This document shows positions 13,414 through 25,949 of a stretch of DNA of 64,000 nucleotides, piece after piece. Position 1 is the stretch's first letter, and each line of letters opens with the position of its first letter. Made by a program: the position numbers and the translations under genes. Source of the DNA: Octopus sinensis (lineage: Eukaryota); NCBI RefSeq assembly GCF_006345805.1, contig NC_043006.1, positions 38,812,001-38,876,000 of the forward strand, given 5' to 3'. The notes below the pieces were generated by a model that was not told the DNA's origin, searched no databases, and was given only the letters and a program-made list of their open reading frames with translations.

Positions 13414-13461
13414 GTCTTACAGCTGTTTCTGGGATATTGTCAATATCCCTTCATCAGAGAC
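13414..13461 (-). ncRNA. Minimal type I hammerhead ribozyme-like motif
   Basis: Minus strand: GTCT-CTGATGA-A-GGGATATT(GAC)AATATCCC-A-GAAA-CAGCTG-TA-AGAC; stem I 4 bp, stem II 8 bp, palindromic stem III ACAGCTGT. Confidence 0.6.
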
Positions 13462-13577
13462 AATGTGAGAAAATATTTTAGATACCAATACATCTCATAT
13501 GTGTGTGTGTGTGTGAATATATCTATATCTTTATATATATCTATATATATATCTGTGTACCTACATACGTATATGTG

Positions 13578-13608
<31 letters not shown>

Positions 13609-13839
13609 TCATCTATCCATCTATCTATCTATCTATCTATATATATATATATTCTTTTACTTATTTCAGTCACTTGACTGTGGCCATGCTGAAGCACTGT
13701 CTTTAGTTGACCATAAGTCTGTTCAAGTCAGGGTTGTCCAAGGGCTAAACTACAACCCCTATTAACTTAACTCTTTTGTAACCATATCTCTGTTGAAATA
13801 CACTGTTTTTGTTGCAATTGATCTTGAAAATAATATTCT

Positions 13840-14040
13840 TTTACTTGTTTCAGTCATTTGACTGTGGCCATGCTGGAGCATTGCCTTTAGTCAAACAAAT
13901 CAACCCCAGGACTTATTCTTTGTAAGCCCAGTATTTATTCTATTGGTGTCTTTTGTCAAACTGCTAAGTTATGGAGACGTAAACACACCAACATCAGTTG
14001 TCAAGCAATGGTGGAGGGATAGATAAAAACACACAAATAA
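13840..14040 (-). mobile_element. SINE family A, 3' half
   Basis: TTCTTTTACTTGTTTCAGTCATTTGACTGTGGCCATGCTGGAGCA is the reverse-complement tail. Confidence 0.75.
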
Positions 14041-14182
14041 GACACCTGTTGTTATGTTTTATATGTGAAGGTTTGTAGGTAGCAAGCAACATTCAACAGG
14101 GGGTGGAGGTGCACGAAATTTAAAGAACACTGGACTGGTAGCAGAATCATTGGAGTATTAGATAACATGGCATGCATTTTCA

Positions 14183-14490
14183 GTGTGTGTGTGAGTCTAT
14201 GTAAGAGTGAAAATTGTCGTGGAAAATTGCCAGCTTGCCTGATGGTAAGTGGGCCCCTGTGCCACTAGAATCCATATATGCAAACCCATGTTAGTATCTA
14301 AGGGGCCCATCCCCTAAGTTTCGTGTGTGTGTGTGTGTGTGAGTCTCTATGTAAGAGTGAAAATTGTCATCATGATTAGTGGCAGACTGGCCCAAATTGC
14401 CAGCTTGCCTGATGGTAAGTGGGCCCCTGGGCCGTTAGAATCCATATATGCAGACCCATGTTAGTATCTAAGGGGCCCATGCCCTCTCAA
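14183..14490. repeat. Local tandem duplication, two ~140-165-bp copies
   Basis: GTAAGAGTGAAAATTGTC...GGTAAGTGGGCCCCTG...GTATCTAAGGGGCCCAT occurs twice. Confidence 0.85.
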
Positions 14491-14689
14491 TTTTGAGGTT
14501 TTTTATTCACTCCTGGAAAAATACATTAATTATTTCAGCCTGGCTGTGTTTGTAGACAGTTGAAAAGAATACTTTTAACAAAAAAACAAAAAAATCAAAT
14601 GTTAGCATTGTAGGTGCAGGTGGGCCTCCTTAGTCTCCTTAGTCTATTAGTCATAGTCATTGGTGATGTCATGTAAATAGGACCCCTGC

Positions 14690-14875
14690 CATTGGCTTGT
14701 AAAGGTACTCTTTACACTCCTGGAGTGGTTGGCATTAGGAAGGGCATCCAGCTATAGAAACTTTCCTAAATTAAACTAGAACCTAGTGTAGCTCTCTGGC
14801 TCATCAGCTTCACTCAAGCATCTTACCCATACCAGCATGGAGAGTGGACGTTAAAGGATGATGATGATGATGATA
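14690..14875 (+). mobile_element. RTE LINE 3' end
   Basis: GGCATTAGGAAGGGCATCCAGC...GGACGTTAAAGGATGATGATG. Confidence 0.75.
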
Positions 14876-15434
14876 TATATATATACATGTATATAAGTTA
14901 TAATTGAAGTTTAGATTTAAATTTAAAATCGAAACTGCATTTTGGGCATGTCCCTAGTAGTTTACCAGGAAAGCACATTCACAGCTTATGGCTACCAACA
15001 GTATCCATGGTAATTACACATTCGTCTCTGGATCTCACAGTGCACAGTGAGTATAGCAGAAACAACTGGTATGGAAGATAAAATATATTGGAAACTTTAT
15101 TTATCACAATTGTGATTTCAAAACATCCTTCAAAACTGTCTTGTGGTTGGGTAACTGGGCAATGAATTCCAATGTACTCCGCAGTGCAGAAGCATCTCTG
15201 CAGGTAATATAACTTAGTTTCTCGTTACAAAAGTGACATTTCACTCTTAAGTTTAATTAAAGCATGTTGATAGTAGACATATCTAAGATGCATTGCGAAG
15301 AAATGAGGAATGGTACAGAATAGATTAAGTCGCCAGACTGGGGATACAAACAGGAATATATAGAATTGAGAAAAAAATATATAGAAAATAAAGAAAGATA
15401 AGCATGCAATAATTTAAAATAAAACACACTATAG

Positions 15435-16040
15435 TTCAAAATTTACAGAAAACAAAAGATGAAGACAAAAAGGTGTGTTTGTGTGATGTTCAGGAAGAAT
15501 AGAAAAGTTTTTGATGTTTCAAGCTCTGCAACAAAAAGAGCTGAGAGGAAAAAATGGAGAGAGAATCCAAAAACTGTGAGAGAAAGAAATATGTAGGGAT
15601 TATGAAAAATTTGTGATTAGGCATGCTGGAATGAGGAATAGGAGATAAAAAAAGATAAGAGAGAAAATGGCAACGCTAAGTACAGAAAGTTGGAGAAGTC
15701 ATGGATGATTAGTGTGATATACATAAAAAAAAGGAGCCAGTAAGATCCATGGTGGTAGAGTCCAAAAAATATGGAGATCCAATTGTAGTTTTGATGGAGT
15801 GATGGTTAGGTGGTTGATGAGAAGTACCGAAAGTTTGAGAAGAAAGTAGGAGAAATGAGAGTCCCAGAGAGGAGGAAGTTCAGTCAGGCAGGATCAAAGT
15901 GGGGTGACCACATGAGCATATGTAATACATAATTAAAATTTACAGAAAACAAAAGATGAAGACAGCAGTTCTATTAGTTTGATGTTCACGAAGAATGGAA
16001 AAGTCTTTGGCATTTGAAGCCTATACTCTCCAACAGAAGA
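15435..16040. repeat. ~500-bp unit bounded by ~105-bp direct repeats
   Basis: AAATTTACAGAAAACAAAAGATGAAGAC at 15435 and about 15933. Confidence 0.75.
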
Positions 16041-16059
16041 TTACACATGCTAGAATGAG

Positions 16060-16870
<811 letters not shown>

Positions 16871-17944
16871 TAAAATAACCAAAAACAAATAGGTAATGTC
16901 ACAGAATTTTACCAGGAAAATGACAATGAATTTCCCATTTTGCCTTTTTCCCTCTTCCTATTCTTCTTGTTCCATTTGCTCTCAAATGTGAAAAAAATAT
17001 TAATATCATCCAAAAGACAGAAAGAAATGTCTTCTCTCTTCTACAATAACATTCCATTCAAGACAAACTAAACCAATATTTTTAACAATGTTGAACCCAA
17101 AAGTCAATGGAGACAATAACATTCAAGTTTGGCTTTAGTATTTCAATGGTTAAACAATACTTGCTGAATTTTTCAACAAGAAAATTGCACACAACGATGT
17201 CCAAAGTATAAAAAAAATGTCAAGCAATTCAACATTTTCTGCTTCATTGCATTTGTTCAATGCCACTAACATTTCCAGTAGATGGTTAAGGTCAACAGAA
17301 GCAATGAGGCATGAAAATGTTTACTCTTAGCACTACACTAATACAAACACACACACGCGTGCAAGCGCTCGCACACACACACACACATGCACACAACACA
17401 TACACATACATTTTTTTTTAATATCCTGGAAGGAGTAAGGATTTTTCTTTAGTTCTGTTTGTTTTATTTTTATTCCATTATTTTTTTCTTTTTGTATATT
17501 GTTTGATTTTTAAATATTTATTTTTTTAATGCCCACCTTCAAATATGTATTTATTTGTCTTTTTTTATTTTAACTTATGCCTGATTTATTTAACGAACAT
17601 CATTATTACTATCATCATCATCATCAAAAGTCTTCTTTTCTTCTCCTTCATCATCTTCCACCACTTAATCTCATCTTCCTTCTCCTCTACTTTCTCCCTG
17701 CGTCTCTTTCTCCTCCTTTGCCTCTTTTCCCCCTCTTTCTCCCCACCACTTTGTCTCTTCCTCAAGTCCTCCTCCTTCTTCTCCTCATTCTCCACCGCCT
17801 CCTCCTCCTCCCCCTCTCTTTTCAATGTTGGCAAAATTACTACAGCCTCAAAAAGAAACTGCCTTGCAGTATTTCTTTCTGAATCTTTACTTCGCAAGTT
17901 CAAATCACACACATGTCAGCTTTTTCCCTTTCATATCATATAGG

Positions 17945-18300
17945 TGTATGTGCAGTAGCGTGGATTAAAAGTTTGATTTCCAAGCATGTGGTCCTGGGTT
18001 CAGTCCCAATGTGTGGCACCTTGGTCAAGTGTCTTCTACTGTAGCCTTAGGCCAACCACAGCCTTGGGAGTGGATTTGGTAGACAGAAACTAAAAGAAGC
18101 CCATCATATATGTATGTATGTATTTGTGTGTCTGTATTTGCCACCCCCACCCCCACCTCCACCATTGCTTGACAACTGTTATTGGTGTGTTTACGTACCC
18201 ATAACTTAGCAGTTCGGCAAAAGAGACCAATAGAATAAGTACCAGGCTTACAAAGAATAAGTCCTGGGGTCGATTTGATTGACTAAAGACGGTGCTCCAG
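17945..18300 (+). mobile_element. SINE family A
   Basis: Head, CACCTTGGTCAAGTGTCTTCTACT core and GGCGGTGCTCCAGCA-type tail. Confidence 0.8.
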
Positions 18301-18524
18301 CACATACACACATACATACATACTTTGTACTATAAGTAAAAGGTCTGAAATTTTGGGGGGAGAGGGTAGTTAATTACATCATGCCCAGTATATGACTGGT
18401 ACTTGCTTTATGGATCTCATCAGTCCTTCAACTCAGAATGTACAAATGGGCAAAACACTGCCAAGTATTTTGCCTGGCATGCTAATGATTCTGACATCTT
18501 GTTGCCTTTATATTTACATACATA

Positions 18525-18752
18525 CAGGGTTGGCCAAAAGTCATCCGATAGTAAATCAACACCCATTCTAGTCCAAGATTAAAAAAAAAAAATTTTATAT
18601 CAGACTTCGCTTAATAAATAGACAAATGTTGAGAAGAAAAAACTCTCAGCATTCAATTATTCAACATTAATAATTGGAATAAACAAATGAAATTGAATAT
18701 TAAATACTCATGAAATTTTGATTTACTGTCAGGTGATTTTTGGCCAAACCTG
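18525..18752. mobile_element. Tc1/mariner-superfamily MITE, 228 bp
   Basis: ~33-bp TIRs CAGGGTTGGCCAAAAGTCATCCGATAGTAAATC / GATTTACTGTCAGGTGATTTTTGGCCAAACCTG flanked by TA. Confidence 0.85.
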
Positions 18753-18866
18753 TATATATATATATATATATATAATTTCAACAATTGAGGGCAAAATTAA
18801 TTAATTATTAATCAATTTCACCAAGTGTTCAGTATGCAAAGGGACCATTCAAGGCGAATTCAAATT

Positions 18867-19080
18867 ATTACATTATATAAAAGGGCTTAGTAAAATAAAT
18901 TACTTTGCCGCATACTGAACTCATTAGAAATAGCAGCTAAAAAACTTTTTTAAGGCTATTTCTAATACTTAAAGAAAATCTCTTAGAAATAGCCTTAAAA
19001 AAGTTTTTAGCTGCTATTTCTAATGAGTTCAGTATGCGGCAAAGTAATTTATTTTACTAAGCCCTTTTATATAATGTAAT
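18867..19080. repeat. Near-perfect long palindrome, ~98-bp arms and 17-bp spacer
   Basis: 18867-18965 is the reverse complement of 18983-19080 apart from a 1-nt homopolymer difference. Confidence 0.95.
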
Positions 19081-19082
19081 AT

Positions 19083-19124
<42 letters not shown>

Positions 19125-19344
19125 ATATATATATAATTTGAGAAAAAACACTATTGTGTAATTCCAACAATGATAGATGTAAATTACACCATATAGAAAA
19201 ATAAAATTATTATAAAACATTTATCTAGATCACAATAAAATACATAATGATAAATAAACTGTATATAATTAGTAAATAGACTACGTACATTTCGCAGCTT
19301 TATCTTCAATTTGAATACTATGTATATATGTGTGTATGTGTATA

Positions 19345-19725
19345 TATACTCTTTACTTGTTTCAGTCATTTAATTGTGGCCATGCTGGAGCACCGCCTTT
19401 AGTTGAGCAAATTGACCCCAGAGCTTATTCTTTGTAAGCCTAGTACTTATTCTATCGGTTTCTTTTGCCGAACTGCTAAGTTACAGGGACGTAAATACAC
19501 CGCCATCAGTTGTCAAGCGATGTTGGGAGGACAAACACAAACACACAATCATATACACACACAAACATATACACACACATGCATATACATATATGTACAT
19601 ATACGACGGGCTTCTTCTAATTTCTATCTACCAAATCCACTCACAAGGCTTTGGTCGGCCCGAGGCTCTAGTAGAAGACACTTGCCCAAGGTGCCACACT
19701 GTGGGACTGAACTTGGGACCATGTG
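19345..19725 (-). mobile_element. SINE family A
   Basis: Near-consensus reverse-complement copy. Confidence 0.85.
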
Positions 19726-19828
19726 ATATATATATATAAAAATGGGTTGGGCTGAGGGGGACAAGGAATGAGGGGGATGGAAAACTGCAAGGAAGAAATG
19801 AAGGGGAGAGGAAGAGGTAGGGACTTAC

Positions 19829-19996
19829 ATTTCATATTTTCATTTTGTAGTCGACATTGACACATCAACGAATGTATAGGGGAGGTGGTTAAAGAATTAT
19901 TGTTTTGTGGAAGTGCAATGGAAAGCAATATTTGTTGTGCTTCCATGGACGATATAGCTTTAGCGTCATCCAACTCTGTAATGTTGGTGTAATTTG
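19829..19996 (-). CDS. Candidate internal exon (168 nt, phase 1-1) of the minus-strand gene
   Basis: CTAAT...TTACTCAG acceptor, GTAAGT donor, open frame NYTNITELDDAKAISSMEAQQILLSIALPQNNNSLTTSPIHSLMCQCRLQNENMK with three N-glycosylation sequons; no domain recognised. Confidence 0.4.
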
Positions 19997-20149
19997 CTGA
20001 GTAATGTATGGCCAAAATTTCATAAATTAGAATCACCATATTAGAAAAGCCTCAAGGTGACAACAGCACTGTCAGGCATCACTAAACAGTTGTAAAAAAT
20101 GACAGATGTTTGTGCTGGCCTTTTACAAACTAATGTCAATAGCAAAGAC

Positions 20150-20309
20150 TGCAACAATAACAACAATAATAATAAGAAGAAGAACAACAACAACAACAAG
20201 AAGAAAAACAGCAACAGCAAGAAGAAGAAGAAGAAAAAGAAGAACAACAACAATAATATTAATGATTTCTTTTGTTTGCCACCTGGACAAAGGAGGGGGG
20301 GCAACAATG

Positions 20310-20355
<46 letters not shown>

Positions 20356-20491
20356 TAATAATAAGAAGAAGAAGAAGAAGAAGAAGAAAAACAACAACAA
20401 CAACAACAATAATAACAACAACAATAATAATAGTAATGGTTTCTTTTGATTGCCACCAGGGCGAAAGATGAGTGAGGCAGGGGGGCAATTA

Positions 20492-20533
<42 letters not shown>

Positions 20534-20567
20534 TAATAATAATAATAAGAGAAGAAGAAGAAGAGAA

Positions 20568-20598
<31 letters not shown>

Positions 20599-20662
20599 TA
20601 CAATAATAATAATAATAATAATGATGATGATTTCTTTTGTTTGTGAAGGATATGAGAGGAGC

Positions 20663-20715
<53 letters not shown>

Positions 20716-20730
20716 CAATAATACTGTCAA
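20150..20730. repeat. (AAT)n/(AAC)n/(AAG)n compound trinucleotide repeats
   Basis: Direct inspection. Confidence 0.9.
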
Positions 20731-21229
20731 CATCAGATGTGGTAACAAAAGCAGAAGGAAGCAAGGCCAAGCATATTAGTTGCAATAGTAACGCCTACAG
20801 ATGCAAAGCAAAAGAAGATGCAGTTGCTGCTGCCACAGCTATTGCAACTTCTGTTGCTGCTGGTGCAGTGGCATCAATGGACGTATCAATTTCGGCCGAA
20901 AGAATGACAAGAAATTCCATAGCAATAGTTTATTCATTCAAGTCATGGGAGGATGTTTAGAAATGGACTGAAGTCAAATGCCATCAAAGTTTGAAGAGAA
21001 TTTGACGCTGTTTATCGTCAGTTTGACCTTGATTGATCCAGTTTTGTGATCAAAGATTTATTATCATGATGATCCAAGCCACCCATCTTCTTTGCCCACT
21101 ATACGTGGCTTGTGAGGTGGGGGTAGAGTCCTCAGAAACCCCGCTCCATAGGGTCCAATCAGTAGTGACATTCATTACACTTTCCTAATAGATGACCAAG
21201 CATGATCAATTCTGATGATATATGTTGAT

Positions 21230-21445
21230 TTCAAATTTTGGCACAAGGCCAGTAATTTTGTGGGAGGGTGATAAGTCAATTACATCCATCCCCCAGTATG
21301 CAACTGGTACTTATTTTATCGACCCTGACAGGATGAAAGGCAAAGTCTACCTTGGCGGAATTTGAACTCAGAACATAAAGTCAGATGAGATGCTGCTAAA
21401 CATTTTGCCAGGCCACCAAATGATTCTGCCAGCTTGTCAACTTCT
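21230..21445 (-). mobile_element. SINE family B
   Basis: CTGGTACTTATTTTATCGACCC...GGATGAAAGGCAAAGTC...GGAATTTGAACTCAGAAC. Confidence 0.75.
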
Positions 21446-21519
21446 ATGATTATATATATATGTGTATATATTGATTTCAAATTTTGGTACAATGTCAGTA
21501 ATTTTGGGATATTCTTTTA

Positions 21520-21912
21520 TTCTCTGATTCGTTTCAGTCATTTGACTGTGGCCATGCTGGAGCACTGCCTTTAGTTGAACAAATCAACCCCAGGAATTAT
21601 TCTTTGTAAGCCTAGTACTTATTTGATCGATCTCTTATGCCAAACCACTAAGTTACAGGGATGTTAAGCGATGGCAGGGGGACAAACACAGACACACAAC
21701 ATACCCACACATGCATACATACATATATATATATATATATAATATATATATATAATATATGATGGGCTTCTTTCAGCTTCCATCTACCAAAACCACGCAC
21801 AAGGCTTTGGTTGGCCAAGCTATAGTAGAAGACACTGAGTGCCACATAGTGTGACTGAACCCAGAACCATGTGGCTGGTAAGCAAGTTACTAACCACACA
21901 GCCACTCCTGTG

Positions 21913-21956
<44 letters not shown>

Positions 21957-22235
21957 GGCTTCTTTCCGTTTCCTTCTACCAAATCCACTCACAAGGCTTT
22001 GGTCAGGCCGAGGTTATAAGCAGAAGACACTGAGTGCCACGTAGCATGACTGAACCTGGAACCATGTGGTTGGTAAGCAAGCTACTTACCACAGCCACTC
22101 CTGCACCTATATATATATGATGGGCTTCCTTCAGTTTCTGTCTACCAAATCCACTCAAGGTTTTGCCCAAGGTTCCACGCAGTAGGACTGAACGTGAACC
22201 ATGTGGCTGGTAAGTAAGCTACTTACCACACAGAC
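21520..22235 (-). mobile_element. SINE family A with two extra tandem head segments
   Basis: Head block CAAATCCACTCACAAGG...GAACCATGTGG-TGGTAAGCAAG repeated at about 21780, 21970 and 22130, separated by (AT)n. Confidence 0.75.
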
Positions 22236-22401
22236 ACTCAGGATTAGTTCTTTACACTGACCCCCCCCACACACACACACACATACCCAGGGACTCAACA
22301 GGTACTTATTTCATCGACCCTGAAAGGATGAATGGCAAAATGCTGCTAAGCATTCTGTCAAGCATGCTAACGCTTCGGCCATCTCACTACCTTGACTGTG
22401 C

Positions 22402-22435
<34 letters not shown>

Positions 22436-22828
22436 GACCCAAACACCCTGTTCTTGGTCTAAGCTTAGGTTTCCTGTCAGTTGGCTTGGCTTGAAGAATC
22501 CACCCTCATTGCTTTCCTGTGACATTCTAATCGCATTCCTGCACATGGGGAAGCTGTGACTCAACCTACAGCGATTCCTTTCTCTCTGTTGTATAACATT
22601 ACCACAGAAAACCTTCTGGGGAATTCTATTTTAGTTGCTTGTGTATATAATTGTATTCTTTTGGTCATTCCCTAATATTCATAGCAATAGGCAGGGATAG
22701 GTATGGAAACTGGATCAAAAACAGTAATAATTTTTTAAAAATATACTGTACGTAGGACTAATTCAATGTACCTGTTATTATTTAACCTGGTTTAGCTAAT
22801 ATTATTAATATTATTAAGTTGAAATACT

Positions 22829-23583
22829 AGGCAGCGAGCTGGCTGAGCTGTTAGCATGCTGGAAGAAATGTTTAGCAGTATTTCACCCGTTGCTATGTTC
22901 TGAGATCAAATCCCACCGAGGTTGAATTTGCCTTTCATCCTCTCAGGGTTGATAATTTAAGAACCAGTGAAATTCTGAGGTCGATGTAATCGACTTGTCT
23001 CCTCTCCCAAAATTTCAGGCCTTGTGCCTATAAGAAAAAAGGGTTGTTAAGTTGTAATCTAAGACAGCAAACTGACTGAGTTGTTAGCATGGTGGATGAA
23101 ATGTTTAGTGGTATTTCGTCCGTTGTCACGTTCTGAGTTCAAATTCCGCCGAGGTCAACTTTGCCTTTCATCCTCTCAGGGTTGATAATTTAAAAACCAA
23201 TGAAATTCTGAGGTTGATGTAATCACTTGTCCCCTCCCCCAAAATTTCAGGCCTTGTGCCTATAACAGAAAGGATTTATCAAGTTGAAATATAGCTACTG
23301 TATTTTAATTAATTTTTTAAAAAACTAATGAATTTAGTAAACTAACTTTGTCATTATTAAGCTGGTGTTTAAGGTGGTGAGCTGGAAGAATTGTTAGCAC
23401 ATTGGATGAAATGCTTAGCGTATATTGCTCATCGCTACATTCTGAGTTCAAATTCCACTGAGGTCGACTTTATATTTCATCCTTTCAGGGTTGATTAATT
23501 AAGTACCAGTTACACACTGGGGTCAATGTAATCGACTTAATACCTTCCCCCAAATTTACGGGCTTGTGCTTCCAGTAGAAAGG
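22829..23583 (+). mobile_element. Cluster of three family B SINEs
   Basis: Copies at about 22829-23043, 23061-23275 and 23371-23583; the third is flanked by ATTATTAAGC duplications. Confidence 0.85.
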
Positions 23584-24599
23584 ATTATTAAGCAGGTCTT
23601 GAGAAAATATATTAACATGAAATTTTGAAGGGAAGTTTTAATTTAGATCGCTTCGTAACAAGAATCTTGTATTATTGAACTAGGGCTGGTCTTAGATGGG
23701 GACATTTTAAAAGGGTTCTGAAAGTGTATGGTTTTAAAGTTGTGAGTTCAATACCTGGATCAGGTGGTGTGTTGTGTCCCTGAGCAAGAAATTTTATTTC
23801 ACATTGCCCCAGTCCACTCATCTGGCAAAAGTGACTTATATCTGTAATTCAAAGAGTCAACCTCCCTGAGAACTATATTAAGGGTTACAATCGGATCAAC
23901 TGGAATGCTTGTCGTTGGGTTAAGACAAACAATCTAATACTTGAGAGAGAATTGGCTGCTGTTTCAAGAAGACTGAACAGTATATTGCTTTATTTTAATG
24001 AGAAAAGCCTCATTAATGTGAAGCAATATGAGAACATCGATGGCATGGTACTGAAACTTTCTCAAAGCGATGTGGAAAGGGCTGGAGAATTAAATAAACT
24101 AACTCTAAATTTTTGAAGCATCCCCAAATAATGTAATATTCAATCAAATTGGAAGTTGAATGAAAAGAAAAGTTTTACGGAGATAATGATTGCTCTGGTT
24201 AGTGAAGACAGCTTCAAGCTACAGGATGAGAAAGGTCATACTTAGTGCAGAGGAGAAAGCAAGAGAATAATCTTTGGTACCATGGTTTTAATCCATGAAA
24301 CATCATCATCATAATCATCTTTTATTTCTTTCAGTCATCTGGCTGTGTCCATGCTGGGGCACCACTTGAAAGGTTTTAGTCAAACAGATTGACCCCAGTA
24401 ATTCTTTTTCAGCCTGGTACTTATTATATTGAACACATTGGTTGAACTGCTAAGTCATAGGGGTCTTAAACAAACCAACACTTGTTGTTAAGCAATGGTG
24501 GGGGATAGAGACACACATAGATATGTAAACATATATATGTATGTATATATACATACATACATACATATATATATATGTGTGTGTGTGTGTGTGTATATA

Positions 24600-25075
24600 T
24601 GGCGAACAAAAGTGTAGACTGGAGTGAAAATGTTTGAGGAGGCCGGAATAATGCATGCAAGACTCAAGAAAGATTTAAGGAAGAATGTTATGATTGAGAA
24701 GGTGAATGGCAATGACCCTTTTTCGTGTGCACAGTTTGTGACAGACCATGCTGTTCTTTTGCTTGGCTCAAATCTCATTTGCGAACCCATGGAAAACAAA
24801 CCTCCACCAACTATTCTGCCTATATGTCTGTGCACACCTTTCAATGCAATGTATGGCAGAAGGTTTGCAAATCTAATGGAGGCCTCAAAAGACATTTTAA
24901 GATCCACAAATATCAGAAATTATCTGCAGCTCTTGGTGGTCCAAATCGGATATGCAATCTATGTGGGTGTCTTTTCAAAACATTGTCAGGTTTAAAAAGC
25001 CACATCAGATGCCATGATAGTTCTAAGGTGTAGGTACAGGAGGTGGTCAAACTCTGTATAAGGAGTAGACAACCA
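24600..25075 (+). mobile_element. RTE LINE ORF2 C-terminus with three C2H2 fingers (frameshifted)
   Basis: WRTKV*TGVKMFEEAG...KKDLRK (RTE C-terminal pattern), then a 1-nt shift to CTVC-x12-HLRTH, CNVW-x12-HFKIH, CNLC-x12-HIRCH, stop and short UTR. Confidence 0.65.
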
Positions 25076-25398
25076 CCATACATATATATTTTGACCCTCC
25101 ATAAAATCCCAAATTTTATTTAATTTGCTTTGCGGGAGCAACTGTTCTATCGAAGGCATATATTGTTGTTAAATGCTCGAAATACAAGACTTGAAAAACA
25201 GCCAACAACTGATGAAGGGTCTTTCTTTATGTTGTTTGTTTTGTTTTCCATTTGTGTCTTTCGTTGTTTGAAAGAATAGTTCATGTTCCATGTACTTGTG
25301 CTTCGTACTTTTTTGTTGTACATGTTTTATGACATCCTGTGCCCACATATGCATGTATAGATACATATAGATGTACATATGTATATATACGTATGTAA

Positions 25399-25457
<59 letters not shown>

Positions 25458-25949
25458 ATGCATGGCGAGCTTTCAGGTTTCATCAATCAAATCTGCTCTT
25501 AAGGGTTTGGTTAGCCCAGAGCTATAGCAGAAAACGCTTGTTGTCCAAGGTGCCACACAGTGGGACCAAATCCAGAACCATGTATAAGAAGCTGGGAAGC
25601 AATTTCTTACCACAAAACCACACCTGCATTATTAATTAATGTCTTTTTTCTATGCTGGCATGGGTTGGACGGTTTGACAGGAGCTAGCAAGCTGGAGAAC
25701 AGTTCCAAGCCCCTATATCTTTATCATCTTGTAAGGCTGGATGTCCCTCCTGACACAAATTACTTCAGTGAGTGTATTGAGGGCTCTTTTCATGGCACTA
25801 GTACCGGTGAGGTAATCAAGTGACTCAGAACATCCCTTAACGAATATATTTATATATCATACTCTAAGACAGTGGCTCTCAATCAGGGTCAGAAGATCCT
25901 TGGGCAGTGAGGTCCATACAAGATTTTGTTCTTAAAATTCATTTTTCTA

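Noticed and set aside
17586-17912. Glu/Lys/Arg-rich minus-strand ORF
   Set aside because: It derives from a CT-rich low-complexity tract and no convincing splice pair was found.
20041-20960. Poly-Leu/Asn/Lys/Ile ORFs up to 235 aa
   Set aside because: Trinucleotide microsatellite artefacts.
24725-25033. Host C2H2 zinc-finger gene
   Set aside because: It lacks TGEKP linkers, is preceded by an RTE C-terminal pattern and is followed by a short retroelement-like tail; treated as LINE-derived.
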